NCBI GenBank assembly: GCA_963717465.1
Contig: OY970340.1
Coordinates: 1,440,001 to 1,504,000 of the forward strand
Origin: Candidatus Bathyarchaeota archaeon
GTDB taxonomy: Archaea > Thermoproteota > Bathyarchaeia > Bathyarchaeales > Bathycorpusculaceae
Direction: 5' to 3'
DNA: 64,000 nucleotides
The notes under the pieces were generated by a model, which ran no database searches, had not been told where the DNA came from, and worked only from the letters and a program-made list of their open reading frames with translations. Shown here in pieces: positions 43,557-53,705 of the stretch. Numbering within the stretch: the first letter of the stretch is position 1; every line of letters starts with the position of its first letter. The translations under genes were made by a program, and so were the position numbers.

Positions 43557-43649
43557 TTAAGCTTTTTTATTTTTCTTTGCTTCTTTTTTGGCTTTTCTTT
43601 TTTCGTCTTTTTCTTTCTTACTTAGTGGTTTAGATTGCTTACTAGGCAT
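43557..43649 (-). CDS. 30-aa Lys-rich small protein (not in ORF track)
   Basis: MPSKQSKPLSKKEKDEKRKAKKEAKKNKKA*, preceded by GGTGGAG..AGGT. Confidence 0.6.
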   Translation of the reverse strand: MPSKQSKPLSKKEKDEKRKAKKEAKKNKKA

Positions 43650-43930
43650 TACCTATTTTCTCCACCTAACAGTATTGCTTTATTAGTTTAAAAATTATGC
43701 CGTAAATTTCTCCAAACAATCCATAGGTCCTTTTTGATAATCAAAAATTCATAAATGTTAGCTCGCATTTGGGCCTCTATTTGGTGGAATAAGTCATCAT
43801 TGTATTCTAAATGAATACTGCCTTTAATATCGTGCTGACCGGATGACTGTAACTGCTTAGCCGTGGAGAGTCATTGTGAGGGTAAAATTCTTTTGGTTAC
43901 CAGTACCAAGAATTTTTATTATCGGTTATT

Positions 43931-45362
43931 TTACGTTTTATTTGGTTTGCCTCTAATTAGTGAAATAATTGCGCCTGCTGCTGCAATGATGGCGGCAATG
44001 ATAAATGTGCTTTGCATTGCTGCAACAAATTCTTTGGTGGCTACTCCTAAGGCTGCTGGGTTAACTCCTACGAAGAGAGCGGATAGAACACTGCTGGGCA
44101 TGAAGGTTGCAAAAATTGCACTCATTAATGTTAAGCTTAATGATTGCCCTAGAGAACCTCATGGTTCCCAAAGTTCCAGATGCTATTCCAAGTCGGCTTT
44201 TATCAACAGATCCCATTACGGCGCTGGTGTTAGGAGATGAGAAGAGACCCATTCCCAAGCCGATGACAAATAATCCAAACGCAACATTTGTCGATGAAGA
44301 ACTGAGGTTTAAAGTGCTGACCAGTAAAAGTCCTACGCATATCAAAGCCATGCCTGATGAGGCCAACGCGCGTGATCCAACTTTGTCCGAAAGCCACCCG
44401 CTTACCGGAGATAAAACTGCCATCGCTAATGGCATTATGAAGAGTATTATTCCAGCTTGCAACGCGGAATAACCCAAAGCGCGTTGAAGGTAAAATGAAA
44501 TAAAAAAAGCTACTCCAAAATATGAAGTGTAGTTTAATAGGGCAGAAATGTTTGCTGCTGAAAACTGCCTGTTGCGGGTGAACAGTGTGACGTCAAGCAT
44601 TGCTTGGTCTCCTTTTTTTCTTTCCAAAAGAACAAACCCAACCAGAAATGCGCCGCTTGCAATTAGGAGAGTAATTATCATAGGTGTACTCCAACCGTAG
44701 ATTCCACCTAATGTCAATGCAAGAAGCAGTGGAATGATTCCTAATGAAAAGGACAAGGCACCGGTTAAGTCAAAGCCTTTTTCGCTGGATTTAAGGGGAT
44801 CTTTTAGTTTCCAGAGTGACATTGCTACTACCAATATTCCGATTGGTATGTTCACGTAGAATATTGATCGCCAACCAACTACGCTGGTTAGGAAACCGCC
44901 TAAGCTTGGGCCGACGGCTAGTCCGACGTAGACTGACATTGCGTTTATTCCAAGAGCTTTTCCTCTTTCCTTGCCGGGGAATACGTCGGTAACTATTGCG
45001 GGTGAAGTTGCGGCCATGAAAGCTGCTCCTGCTCCTTGAACGGTTCGGAAAGCGATGAGCTGTAATCCGCTAATTGAAATGCTGCATAAGAACGAGGCTA
45101 CCGTGAATACAGCAAAGCCGGTGATGAAAAAGGGTTTTCTACCTCTCATGTCTGAAAGCCTGCCTATACTTAGCAGCAAAACGGTTAGGGAAACTAAGTA
45201 GGCTGCAGGCACCCAGATTGCCATTGCATAAGTCATATTCAGGTCAGAAGTTATAGAGGGGAGAGAAACGCTAACTATTGAGCTGTCCATGGGTGACATG
45301 AATGAGCCTATGGAAGTTACCAACAAAATAAACCATTTATAAGAATCGCTGCTCATCCCCAA
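43931..45362 (-). CDS. DHA2-family 14-TM MFS transporter, frameshift near 44150
   Basis: DSSIVSVSLP, GRLSDMRGRK, GWRSIFYVNIPIG; the last TM helices are in the 43931-44125 frame. Confidence 0.9.
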
Positions 45363-45466
45363 ACCCCGCGGTTGTAGTTCACAAAAACGCTGCCAGAATA
45401 TATTAGGCTTTGCAGCTTAAGCGTCTCTCGTAAGAAAAATGGAAAAGAAGGAGAAAATTGAAAATT

Positions 45467-46045
45467 TTATTTTTGTTTTATTATTTTGGGTGGCTTGTTG
45501 TTTTCAGGGACGAAAACAGCTACTGAAACCGTGGTTGTCCACAGTCCGTTTTTGTCTCCTGCTGCTGATTGTGTTATGTTAGCGGTTTTAATTATTAATC
45601 CTGTGGTTTTGAAAAGTTGCTTGCGTTCATCCCAAGCGGTTTCTGGGTCAAACTGGATACCCATGGTTGTTGCAAGCATGGTTGCTGCCAAGTCTTCTGC
45701 GTAGTCTCCTGCTGCCTCATCGGTTTGACCGTAAGAGTGGTGTTCTGATAGGTAACCGTACTGGTTTTTTTCTGAGGGAATAGCTACGCCGATTGATGAA
45801 GCGACTAGTCTGTGTGGCTCGTTTGTTGCGTTTCTAGCTAAAACTACGAATGTAATTTCTCCAGGCTGAACCATTCTTAATCCTTGCTCTCGAGTAATTA
45901 ATTCGCATCCGGGGGGAACGATGCTTGAAACATTTACGAGGTTGCAGTGTTGAATGCCAGCGTTTCTTAATGCTAACTCAAAGCTTTGTAATTGCTCTTT
46001 ATGTTTGCCTACGCCCTTTGTTAAGAAAAAGCATTTTGGTATCAT
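45467..46045 (-). CDS. pdaD: Pyruvoyl-dependent arginine decarboxylase
   Basis: [22 protein letters not shown] self-cleavage site, GYLSEH, YAEDLA. Confidence 0.92.
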   Translation of the reverse strand: MIPKCFFLTKGVGKHKEQLQSFELALRNAGIQHCNLVNVSSIVPPGCELITREQGLRMVQPGEITFVVLARNATNEPHRLVASSIGVAIPSEKNQYGYLSEHHSYGQTDEAAGDYAEDLAATMLATTMGIQFDPETAWDERKQLFKTTGLIIKTANITQSAAGDKNGLWTTTVSVAVFVPENNKPPKIIKQK

Positions 46046-46220
46046 TTTATTCCGAATTTAGTGAGTGGAATGCATTTATTAGTTTTGTGTTTCAAAACTG
46101 AAACCTGAATACTAAATCAAGGTTAACCTCTTGCAAAATATTTTTTGTAAAGCGTTGTATGCCCTTTTAGATACTGATTGTGGTGGAGCGTTGAGTCGCT
46201 TATTCTGATTCTTGTTTAGA

Positions 46221-48837
46221 TTATTTTGATGGTAGGGTTATGCTGAATTTTGTTCCTTTTTCGGTTTCGCTCTTAAAGCTTATTGTTCCGCCTTGGGCTT
46301 CTATAACTCGTTTGCATACTGATAGACCGAAGCCTTGACCTTTCGATTTTGTTGTGAATAGAGGGGTGAAGATTTTAGGTTTAATCTCGTCAGGAATTCC
46401 GATACCAGTATCTTTAACTTCAATTTGTGTTTGGCCCTTCCTGTTAATGTATGCTTTTATTGTTAATTCGCCTCCGTTAGGCATGGCTTGAACCGAGTTT
46501 GTGATTAAATTAATTAGGACTCTTCTCAGCAGTTGAGGGTCTGCCTCGATAGTTAGTTTATCATTAAATTGGATTATTGTTTGAATATTTTCGGGGATGT
46601 CTATCTGCGCTAAAGTTGACGTGACAAGCGCATTCAAATCAATTAAATGCCTGTTTATTTCCACTGGTTTAACGAAAGTTTGCAAGTCACTTACTATTTT
46701 ATCCATGTAGCTAACTTGTGTTTCAATGCCTTCGATGCTCTCATTCACCATTGTCTTCCCTTGTCCTTCAGGGACACCATCTAACTCTAATTTGGCAAGG
46801 TATAGCTCACCGATGATAGTTTGGAGTGGATTTCGCAAATCATGTCCAACCATGCCAGCAGTCTCACCTATTGCTGATAGCCTTTCTTTTTCCTGCAATT
46901 GCTTTTCCAGTATTTTACGTTCTGTTACATCTTCAGCGATTAAACCCATTTGGTTTCGATTCGGTTTCCACGCGAGAACTTCAAAATAGCGGTTAAGTAC
47001 TTCACTTTTCATTAGAGAACGATTAGGCTTACCTGTGCTTTCCACTTCATTAAATATCTCCAGCCAATAACCGACTCCCAATTTCATCAAATCACTTGGA
47101 CTTTTGTCCTTAAAGACATCCCTCGGTCTTTTGCCAATAACATCCTCTTTTCTTTTTCCAAGAAGCTTTAAAAATGCAGAGTTAGCATCGGTAATAAAAT
47201 AATCAATTATTTTTCCTGATTTATCGTAAACCAAGTCTGCAACATAAAAAATTTCAGCCATAGAATCAAAAAATTGATGATATCTTTTTTCACTTTCATG
47301 CAAAGCGTGTTGAGCCTGCTTAAGCTCAGTCATGTCAACGCCTATCCCTCTTGCTCCAACTATTTTATCTTCCTTTACGATTGGAACACTAATTAGTAAT
47401 ACTGGGAATTGGGAACCGTTCTTTCTAACAAATAAGTATTCATTACTTTGCCGCTTGCCATTTGAAAACATTTTAATCATGTTTATTCTTGAACGCGTAA
47501 CGTCCTCCTTAGCAACTAGTATGATTAGCATCAAAGCCACTTTCGAACTCTTCTCTAGAATAGCCCGTTTGTTCAATTGATTTAGAATTTGCAAAAACTA
47601 TTATTCCTTTATCGTTGATCTCAAAAACCATTTCAGGTAATTTATCAACCATCTGTTGATACTTGTTCTCGCTTTCCCTTAGCGCTTCTTCAACTTTTTT
47701 GCGCTCTGTTACATCTCTGAATAAACCGCCGACTTTGCCCGCAAAAGGAAATATTTGAGCATCATACCACTTTCCCGAATGCCGATCAAAATTTTCATAA
47801 CGTACCCACTCACCGCCTTTTGTAACTCTGCCAATTAGTGAAAACAATTCAGGCGAAAGATCACTGACACTCTCACTTGCCATTTTGCCTAGATTCTTCT
47901 TGAAGAATTCGCCTGTCTGGCGTTCATATGAAGGACTAATTTTCAACCACTTGAAATCATAAACTTTGCCACTTTGATTATACACTGGATCAATCAAAAC
48001 AAAACCATCATCTGTTTTTTCAAACAGCGTTCTGTAAAGCTCCTCACTTTCCTTAATCGATTCCTCAGCTTTCTTGCGTTCAGTTACGTCTATAAATGAA
48101 GCTAAAAGGTAATCTTCATTCTGAATCTTAATAGTTGACGCTGACAAGCTTACTGTGATTTTAGTTCCATCTTTTCTTTTAAAAACGAAGTCTCTGTTAC
48201 AAACAAATCCGTTTGAGTTAAGTTCATTTATCAGACTTGCGCGATTGCTGGAATCAGCCCAAACTTCTAACGAATTGCGACCAATTGCTTCCTCAGGAGT
48301 ATAACCTAAAATGTTAAATGCTGACTCGTTGGCATCAATTATTTTACCGTCCCTTGAGCGAGTTAGCGATACAGCATTTGGGCTGAACCTGAATGCCTTT
48401 GAAAACTTTTCTTCCGATAATCGCAAAGCTTCTCCCATTTTCTTGATCTCAGTTATGTCCTGAGCAAAGACTAAAAGAGAATCAGGCTGATTATTCCTGA
48501 AAATCACTTTGGCATTGAATAATGCCCACAGAGTTTGTCCACTCTTTGTTCTTATTTCAATTTCTGATTTAAGGTTCTTTCCCTCAACTACTGCTTTCTT
48601 AAAGCCATCCCGAAATTTCTTTTTACTTTCACCGACCATTATCTCATCTAAAAGGTTCATTGTAAGAAGTTCTGCTTCCGAAAAGCCTAAAATTCTGCTC
48701 ACCATTGAATTCGCATTTCGAAGCTTTGAACCTTCTAAACTTACTTCGAAGATTGCAATAGGGGCATCCTTTGAAAGTTGCCAAAATTTTTCTTCGCTTT
48801 TATATGGAGATTCTTTGGTTCTCTTGTCTGGTTCCAC
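46221..48837 (-). CDS. Soluble multi-PAS sensor histidine kinase, frameshift near 47520
   Basis: About five PAS/PAC repeats ending D[IV]TE.K, HDLRNPL, NLITNS, DTGIGI, FTTK..GQGFGL. GTG start at 48837 after GGGGAGG; removing one A joins GFDANH to LVAKEDV. Confidence 0.88.
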
Positions 48838-49093
48838 ACGAACCTCCCCCAAAGAAAATAGCTTATTCTTTAAATTTAAATCAATTGGAAGCAAAAACGA
48901 TTGAAAGTGTGCATTAATTATAGCCCAATAACTAATGGTGTCCAAGTGGCTGGTTGCACAATAATGAATGAGCGGATGCAAGGATATGCTTGGCTTGAGA
49001 GTGAAATTTTATGTTTGTGTTTCAAGACATAAATACTTCCATACTTTATGTGAAAAGAGTAAATGTTTCCAGGTTGAGCTTGGGGTCAAAGAT

Positions 49094-50289
49094 TTGAGTT
49101 CAAATCAAAGCGTGTTTAAAGACGAATCGAAACTTGACATAAATTGGGTTCCGCCAAAATTGCCGCACAGGGAAAAGGAGCTTCGCTTGCTGATGGAATT
49201 CTTTAGTTTTCTTCTTCGCCATCCGGAAAAAATGGCGCAAAGAGTTATCATCACAGGTGAAGTAGGCACTGGAAAAACTGCTTTATCCCAAAGTTTCGGT
49301 GCAAACATCACTTCTGAAGCAAGGAAAAGAGCCATAAAACTTTTGTATGTTCACGTTAATTGCCGTGAGTGTCGAGGAAAACTTTTCCTTATCCTTCAGC
49401 ATATATTAAGCATTGTTCGACCCAATTTTCCCAAACGTGGCTACTCCGTTGAAGAGGCCCTTGACACTTTAATGCAGAGTTTAGATGAAGAGAACGCTTT
49501 TTCATGATATTGGCTCTAGATGAATTTGACGCGTTGGTTGATAATGAAGGTTCAGAATCAGTTTACAAGTTAACTAGGATTCAGGAGATGCGCGCATGGC
49601 AAGGCTCAGCGGATGTCTTTGCTTTTTATTCTTAGAGATTTGAAAGCTGTTGACAAGTTGGATACTAGCACAAAAAGCACTTTGCAACGCAACGTGGTTG
49701 CATTGGTGCGTTATGAGAAGATGCAGCTTGCTGATATTTTAAATGACCGTGTGTCTTTGGCTTTTGAGTTAGGCGTGGTTCCAGAGGAAACAATTGTTCT
49801 TGTTTCTGAACTTGCATCTTCTGAAAGCGGAAATGCCCGTTTCGCTATTGAATTAATGTGGCGTGCTGGAAAATATGCTGATGCAGAAGATTCAGTTTCA
49901 GTGGAGCCTGAATGTGTGAGGAAAGCAGTGTCAAGCATTATTCCAACACTTCGACGCAGCGAGTTGGACGCCCTTGGTTTTCATGAACGATTATTCTTGT
50001 TGGCAGTGGCACGTTTCTTTAAGGAGAATCCGCAGGCATACGTAACACTGAGTCAAGCTGAACAAGCGTACTCTGTTGTATGCGAAGAATACGGAGAGCA
50101 GCCAAATAGTCATACGCAGGTTTGGAAGTACGTTCAATTGTTTTCTTCATTGGGCATTTTGAAAACTGAAGTGGCAACAGCGGCTACCCGTGGAAGGTCT
50201 ACGCGAATTTATCTTGCCCTCTATTCCAGCGGTTGAATTGGAGAAAGAATTAAGTGCTCGCGTTAAAAGATGGGAAAGGTGCAAATTAA
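49094..50289 (+). CDS. cdc6: Cdc6/Orc1 replication initiator, 3-4 frameshifts
   Basis: PPKLPHRE, GEVGTGKT, HVNC, Walker B ILALDEFD in a shifted frame near 49510, GNARFAI, winged-helix LGIL..RGRST. Confidence 0.88.
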
Positions 50290-50551
50290 ATGGAACTGGA
50301 AGAAGTTTTCTCTTCTAAACCGCGAATGAAAATTTTAAAGTTAATTTGGCAGTTGGGTTCGCTTAATGTTTCAGATATTGCTCGACGGCTTAAACTGAAT
50401 TATTCCGCAACATTAAAGCACTTGGCGCTTTTAGAGAGAAGAAGAGATTTTGCAGCAGCGATCCTACGGACGGGTTCGCATGTACCGTTTCAGCGAATCA
50501 TCTAAGGCAAAGGCTGTGGAAAACCTGATAAAGGCGTGGGAAACCAAATAA
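50290..50551 (+). CDS. Small winged-helix (ArsR-like) protein, frameshift near 50435
   Basis: FSSKPRMKIL..LNVSDIARRL.LNY..T.KHL; shifted frame EEEILQQRSYGRVRMYRF..KAWETK*. Confidence 0.8.
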
Positions 50552-50596
50552 AATATTAAAATACTGCTTATTTTAGAAGCAGCTGGATGAAATAAA

Positions 50597-51033
50597 ATGG
50601 TAATGGTTGATGTATCAGGTAAAGCGGAGATTTTCCGTGAAGCAACCGCTTCGGCACAATTAAATTGAAGGCTGAGACGATTAATTTGATTAAGGAAGGG
50701 AAAACTGCCAAGGGCGATCCTCTTTACACGGCAAAGATAGCTGGCATATTAGCGGCTAAGAAAACAAGTGAACTGATTCCTCTTTGTCACCCGTTGCCGT
50801 TAACTAACGTGGACGTGACGGCTAAAGTACTGGATAACCTTACAGTTGAAGTTTCAGCTACGGTTAAAACCAAGGCTCAAACAGGTGTAGAGATGGAAGC
50901 GCTCACCGCTGTTTCAGCTGGGTTACTTACAGTTTGGGACATGACAAAACAGTACGAAAAAGACTCAGCAGGTCAATACCCCAGCACAAGCATTAATGAT
51001 ATTCATGTCGTTAAAAAATTGAAGAAAGCGTGA
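50597..51033 (+). CDS. moaC: Cyclic pyranopterin monophosphate synthase, frameshift near 50653
   Basis: MVDVSGK..REATA N-terminus, LIPLCHP, TGVEMEAL, WDMTK. Confidence 0.92.
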
Positions 51034-51573
51034 ATGATTATGAGTGAAACCAGCAAAATGCACAAGTCCAAAGCGCCTAAAGCATTAAATTTCGGAGTAT
51101 ACATTTGCAGCACCTCCAGACATAAACTTTGCGAAAAAGGCGAAAAAAACGTCAGCGATGTTTCAGGAGAAACCTTGGAAAAACTCGTTGAAAACGCTGG
51201 ACACAAAGTGCTGTTCAAAAAAATTCTGCCAGACGATAAATCCATAATTGCTGAGGCTACTAAACAAGCTTTAGCTATGTCTGATTTAGACGTGGCTATT
51301 TTTTGCGGTGGCACAGGAATCACGCCGACAGATGTCACGATAGAATCTGTTTCGCCGTTTTTCGAAAAATCTCTTCCTGGCTTCGGCGAGTTTTTTAGGC
51401 GCCTAAGCTATGATAAAGTTGGCTCTCCAGCAGTTTTGTCGCGTGCTACAGCAGGAGTAGCCGGTGGCAAGGCATTTTTCTGCATTCCTGGTTCACCTGA
51501 CGCTGTGCGAACTGCTGCGGAATTACTTATATTGCCTGAGGCTCCTCATATCGTAAAGCACGCAAGGGAATAG
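51034..51573 (+). CDS. moaB: Molybdopterin adenylyltransferase MoaB/Mog
   Basis: DVSG, GGTGITPTDVT, PGFGE, LSRA, PGSP. Confidence 0.92.
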   Translation: MIMSETSKMHKSKAPKALNFGVYICSTSRHKLCEKGEKNVSDVSGETLEKLVENAGHKVLFKKILPDDKSIIAEATKQALAMSDLDVAIFCGGTGITPTDVTIESVSPFFEKSLPGFGEFFRRLSYDKVGSPAVLSRATAGVAGGKAFFCIPGSPDAVRTAAELLILPEAPHIVKHARE

Positions 51574-51580
51574 AAATAGA

Positions 51581-52524
51581 ATGAGTCTTATTGATGACTG
51601 CGGTAGACCTTTACTTAACCTTCGCATTTCCATAACGCAACGCTGCAATATACACTGCACTTATTGTCACCGCGAAGGAGAAGTAAAACGTGCAAATCGT
51701 TCAGCAGAAAAAATGTCCCTTGAAGAAATCACCAGAATAGCCAAAATAGCAATAAGCCTTGGAATTTCACGAATAAAATTAACTGGTGGAGAACCGCTCC
51801 TGCGCAAAGATATCCGTGAAATCGTCAAAGGCATATCAATGGTGCCAGGACTGAAGGATTTATCGCTAACAACAAACGGTATCCTGCTAAGTTCAGATTC
51901 TATGGCAAAAGACCTGCGTGAAAATGGATTAAAAAGAGTAAATGTTAGCCTGCCGTCTTTAAACTCTCAAACTTACAGCAAGTTGACCAGTGGAAAATTG
52001 GAGGCTGCCTTGAGCCGGAGTTAAAGCTGCGGTGGAAGTAGGTTTTTCCCAAGTTAAACTTAACATGGTTATCTTGAAGGATGTTAACATCGGCGATATT
52101 CCTGATATGATAGAATACGCGAAACAAACTGGCATCATACTGCAGCTTATAGAACTTGACCCAATAAATGTCGGACAAGAATACTACGATAATCATCATA
52201 ACAGTTTAGACTCCTTTGAAAACATGCTCAGACAAAAAGCGTTGTCGGTTGAAACGCGAACAGTACATGCATAACCGCAGAATATACCATTTGCCAGGCG
52301 TAACCGTTGAAGCAGTTCATCCGATTGAAAACAGCGAATTCTGCCTGCACTGCACAAGGATGAGAGTCACAAGCGACGGCAAGCTTAAACCGTGCCTAAT
52401 GAGAAACGACAACCTAACCGACATACTAACTCCAATCCGACAGGGCGCAAGTGATGAACAAATAAAACAACTATTCATAAAAGCAAACACGCTAAGAGAA
52501 CCATTCAACAAAGGAACAATCTGA
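51581..52524 (+). CDS. moaA: GTP 3',8-cyclase, frameshifts near 52012 and 52258
   Basis: LRISITQRCNIHCTYCH, TGGEP, KLNMV, FCLHCTRMRVTSDGKLKPCL; ends REPFNKGTI with no GG tail. Confidence 0.92.
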
Positions 52525-52756
52525 TCCGCTTCAAAAGTTGACTTTTTAAGGCAACAGTCTCTAACAGTTTCTCAATGTTTGATTGATTTATTAAGCAATC
52601 AATAATCTTTTAATTTAGGCGATGAAGCACTATCTTGGAAAGTTCAAAAGAGTACTTAATTTCATTAAACTTCTAAGCGGAATTTTTTAGCCGAAAAAGT
52701 GCGCACGTTTATTATGTTTAAATACAAAAAAGCCCCCTTTTTATCGGGACTAAGGC

Positions 52757-52924
52757 ATGATAAAGTGTGATCGTTGCGGAAAAGAAATGAAATCAGATGA
52801 AGTAAACTTGGTTAGGGATGTGCTTGGAAAATTCTGCCCTGAGTGCAAAGTTAAGCTTGAAACAGGCATTGATACAAAAGAATATCACGAAGATCAAAAC
52901 ATGGATTCCGTTGGCGGCGGTTAA
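52757..52924 (+). CDS. 55-aa zinc-finger protein with acidic tail ending GGG (not in ORF track)
   Basis: MIKCDRCGKEMKSDEVNLVRDVLGKFCPECKVKLETGIDTKEYHEDQNMDSVGGG*; two CxxC pairs; AT-rich TATA-like TTTAAATA about 40 nt upstream. Confidence 0.75.
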   Translation: MIKCDRCGKEMKSDEVNLVRDVLGKFCPECKVKLETGIDTKEYHEDQNMDSVGGG

Positions 52925-52936
52925 GGTACTATTCAT

Positions 52937-53590
52937 TTAATGGTTGCCTACGTTTTCAGCAAGCAAACGTCTTTCTGCTTTTCTTAAGTGTTCCCCCAAC
53001 GTAGAGTTCCCAATATTAAGCTTTTTAGCAAGAGTCTCTGAATTTATTCTTCTTGGAATATCATAATAGCCAAGTTTGTAGGCTGTTATTATGACTTCCC
53101 TCTGCTTCTCTGTTAGCTTAGCAAGGGGCGAGTTGGGTGAAAACTTTGCGTCGGTCAATGAGACTATTTTATATCTTAAACCGATAGATGTAACTCTTTC
53201 GAGGGATTTTTGAATTTGTTCAGAGCTGCCGAAAAATGAAAATCTTATTTTCCCGTCCCGAACTCCCAAGGGAGGAAACAAATACCCTCTCTCAATTCCT
53301 ATTGAATCAAAAACTGGAGATAGGCCTGGTCCCCCTTTCATAAAAACGGTATAACTTTTATTATTTTGTTGTTCAAGTACCTGAATATCTTTTATAACAC
53401 CGTTGGCAAGTAGGTCGACAATTCGAGATGCTTCATCCTTGAATTCTATTCGTGCTATCACAGCAAATTGTTCGGCATCTTGTCTGAGGACATATTGCAA
53501 CTCCAACGACTTTATTTTTTGAAAGTCCTCAGTTAGAATCCCGACTTTGCATAGGTCTTTTTCCAGTACTTCTAAAATTAGTCGGCGCAT
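52937..53590 (-). CDS. HTH_10 transcriptional regulator (paralog of 41396-42040)
   Basis: DAKFSPNSPL..LTEKQ..ITAYKLGYYDIP shared with the paralog; EHLRKAE. Confidence 0.87.
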   Translation of the reverse strand: MRRLILEVLEKDLCKVGILTEDFQKIKSLELQYVLRQDAEQFAVIARIEFKDEASRIVDLLANGVIKDIQVLEQQNNKSYTVFMKGGPGLSPVFDSIGIERGYLFPPLGVRDGKIRFSFFGSSEQIQKSLERVTSIGLRYKIVSLTDAKFSPNSPLAKLTEKQREVIITAYKLGYYDIPRRINSETLAKKLNIGNSTLGEHLRKAERRLLAENVGNH

Positions 53591-53632
53591 AAGATAGCTT
53601 CATTTTTTCTTCATTTAGGCTTTTTGGCTGAG

Positions 53633-53646
53633 CCGTATATATACGG
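53633..53646. promoter_or_regulatory. Perfect 14-bp palindrome containing a TATA-like core
   Basis: CCGTATATATACGG between the divergent HTH_10 and MmgE/PrpD genes. Confidence 0.5.
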
Positions 53647-53705
53647 TAGAAAATTAATCCGCCGTGCGTGCTAGAAAGAAGAAGGTAAAACGAAGGAGAG
53701 TAAAG

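Noticed and set aside
48840..49093. Possible oriC/ORB elements upstream of cdc6 (TCCAAGTGG, TTTCCAGG)
   Set aside because: Only short partial matches, not repeated, and no G-string.
49498..52260. Programmed ribosomal frameshifting in cdc6 and moa genes
   Set aside because: Too many shifts in both directions and no consistent slippery sites; sequencing error is the simpler explanation.
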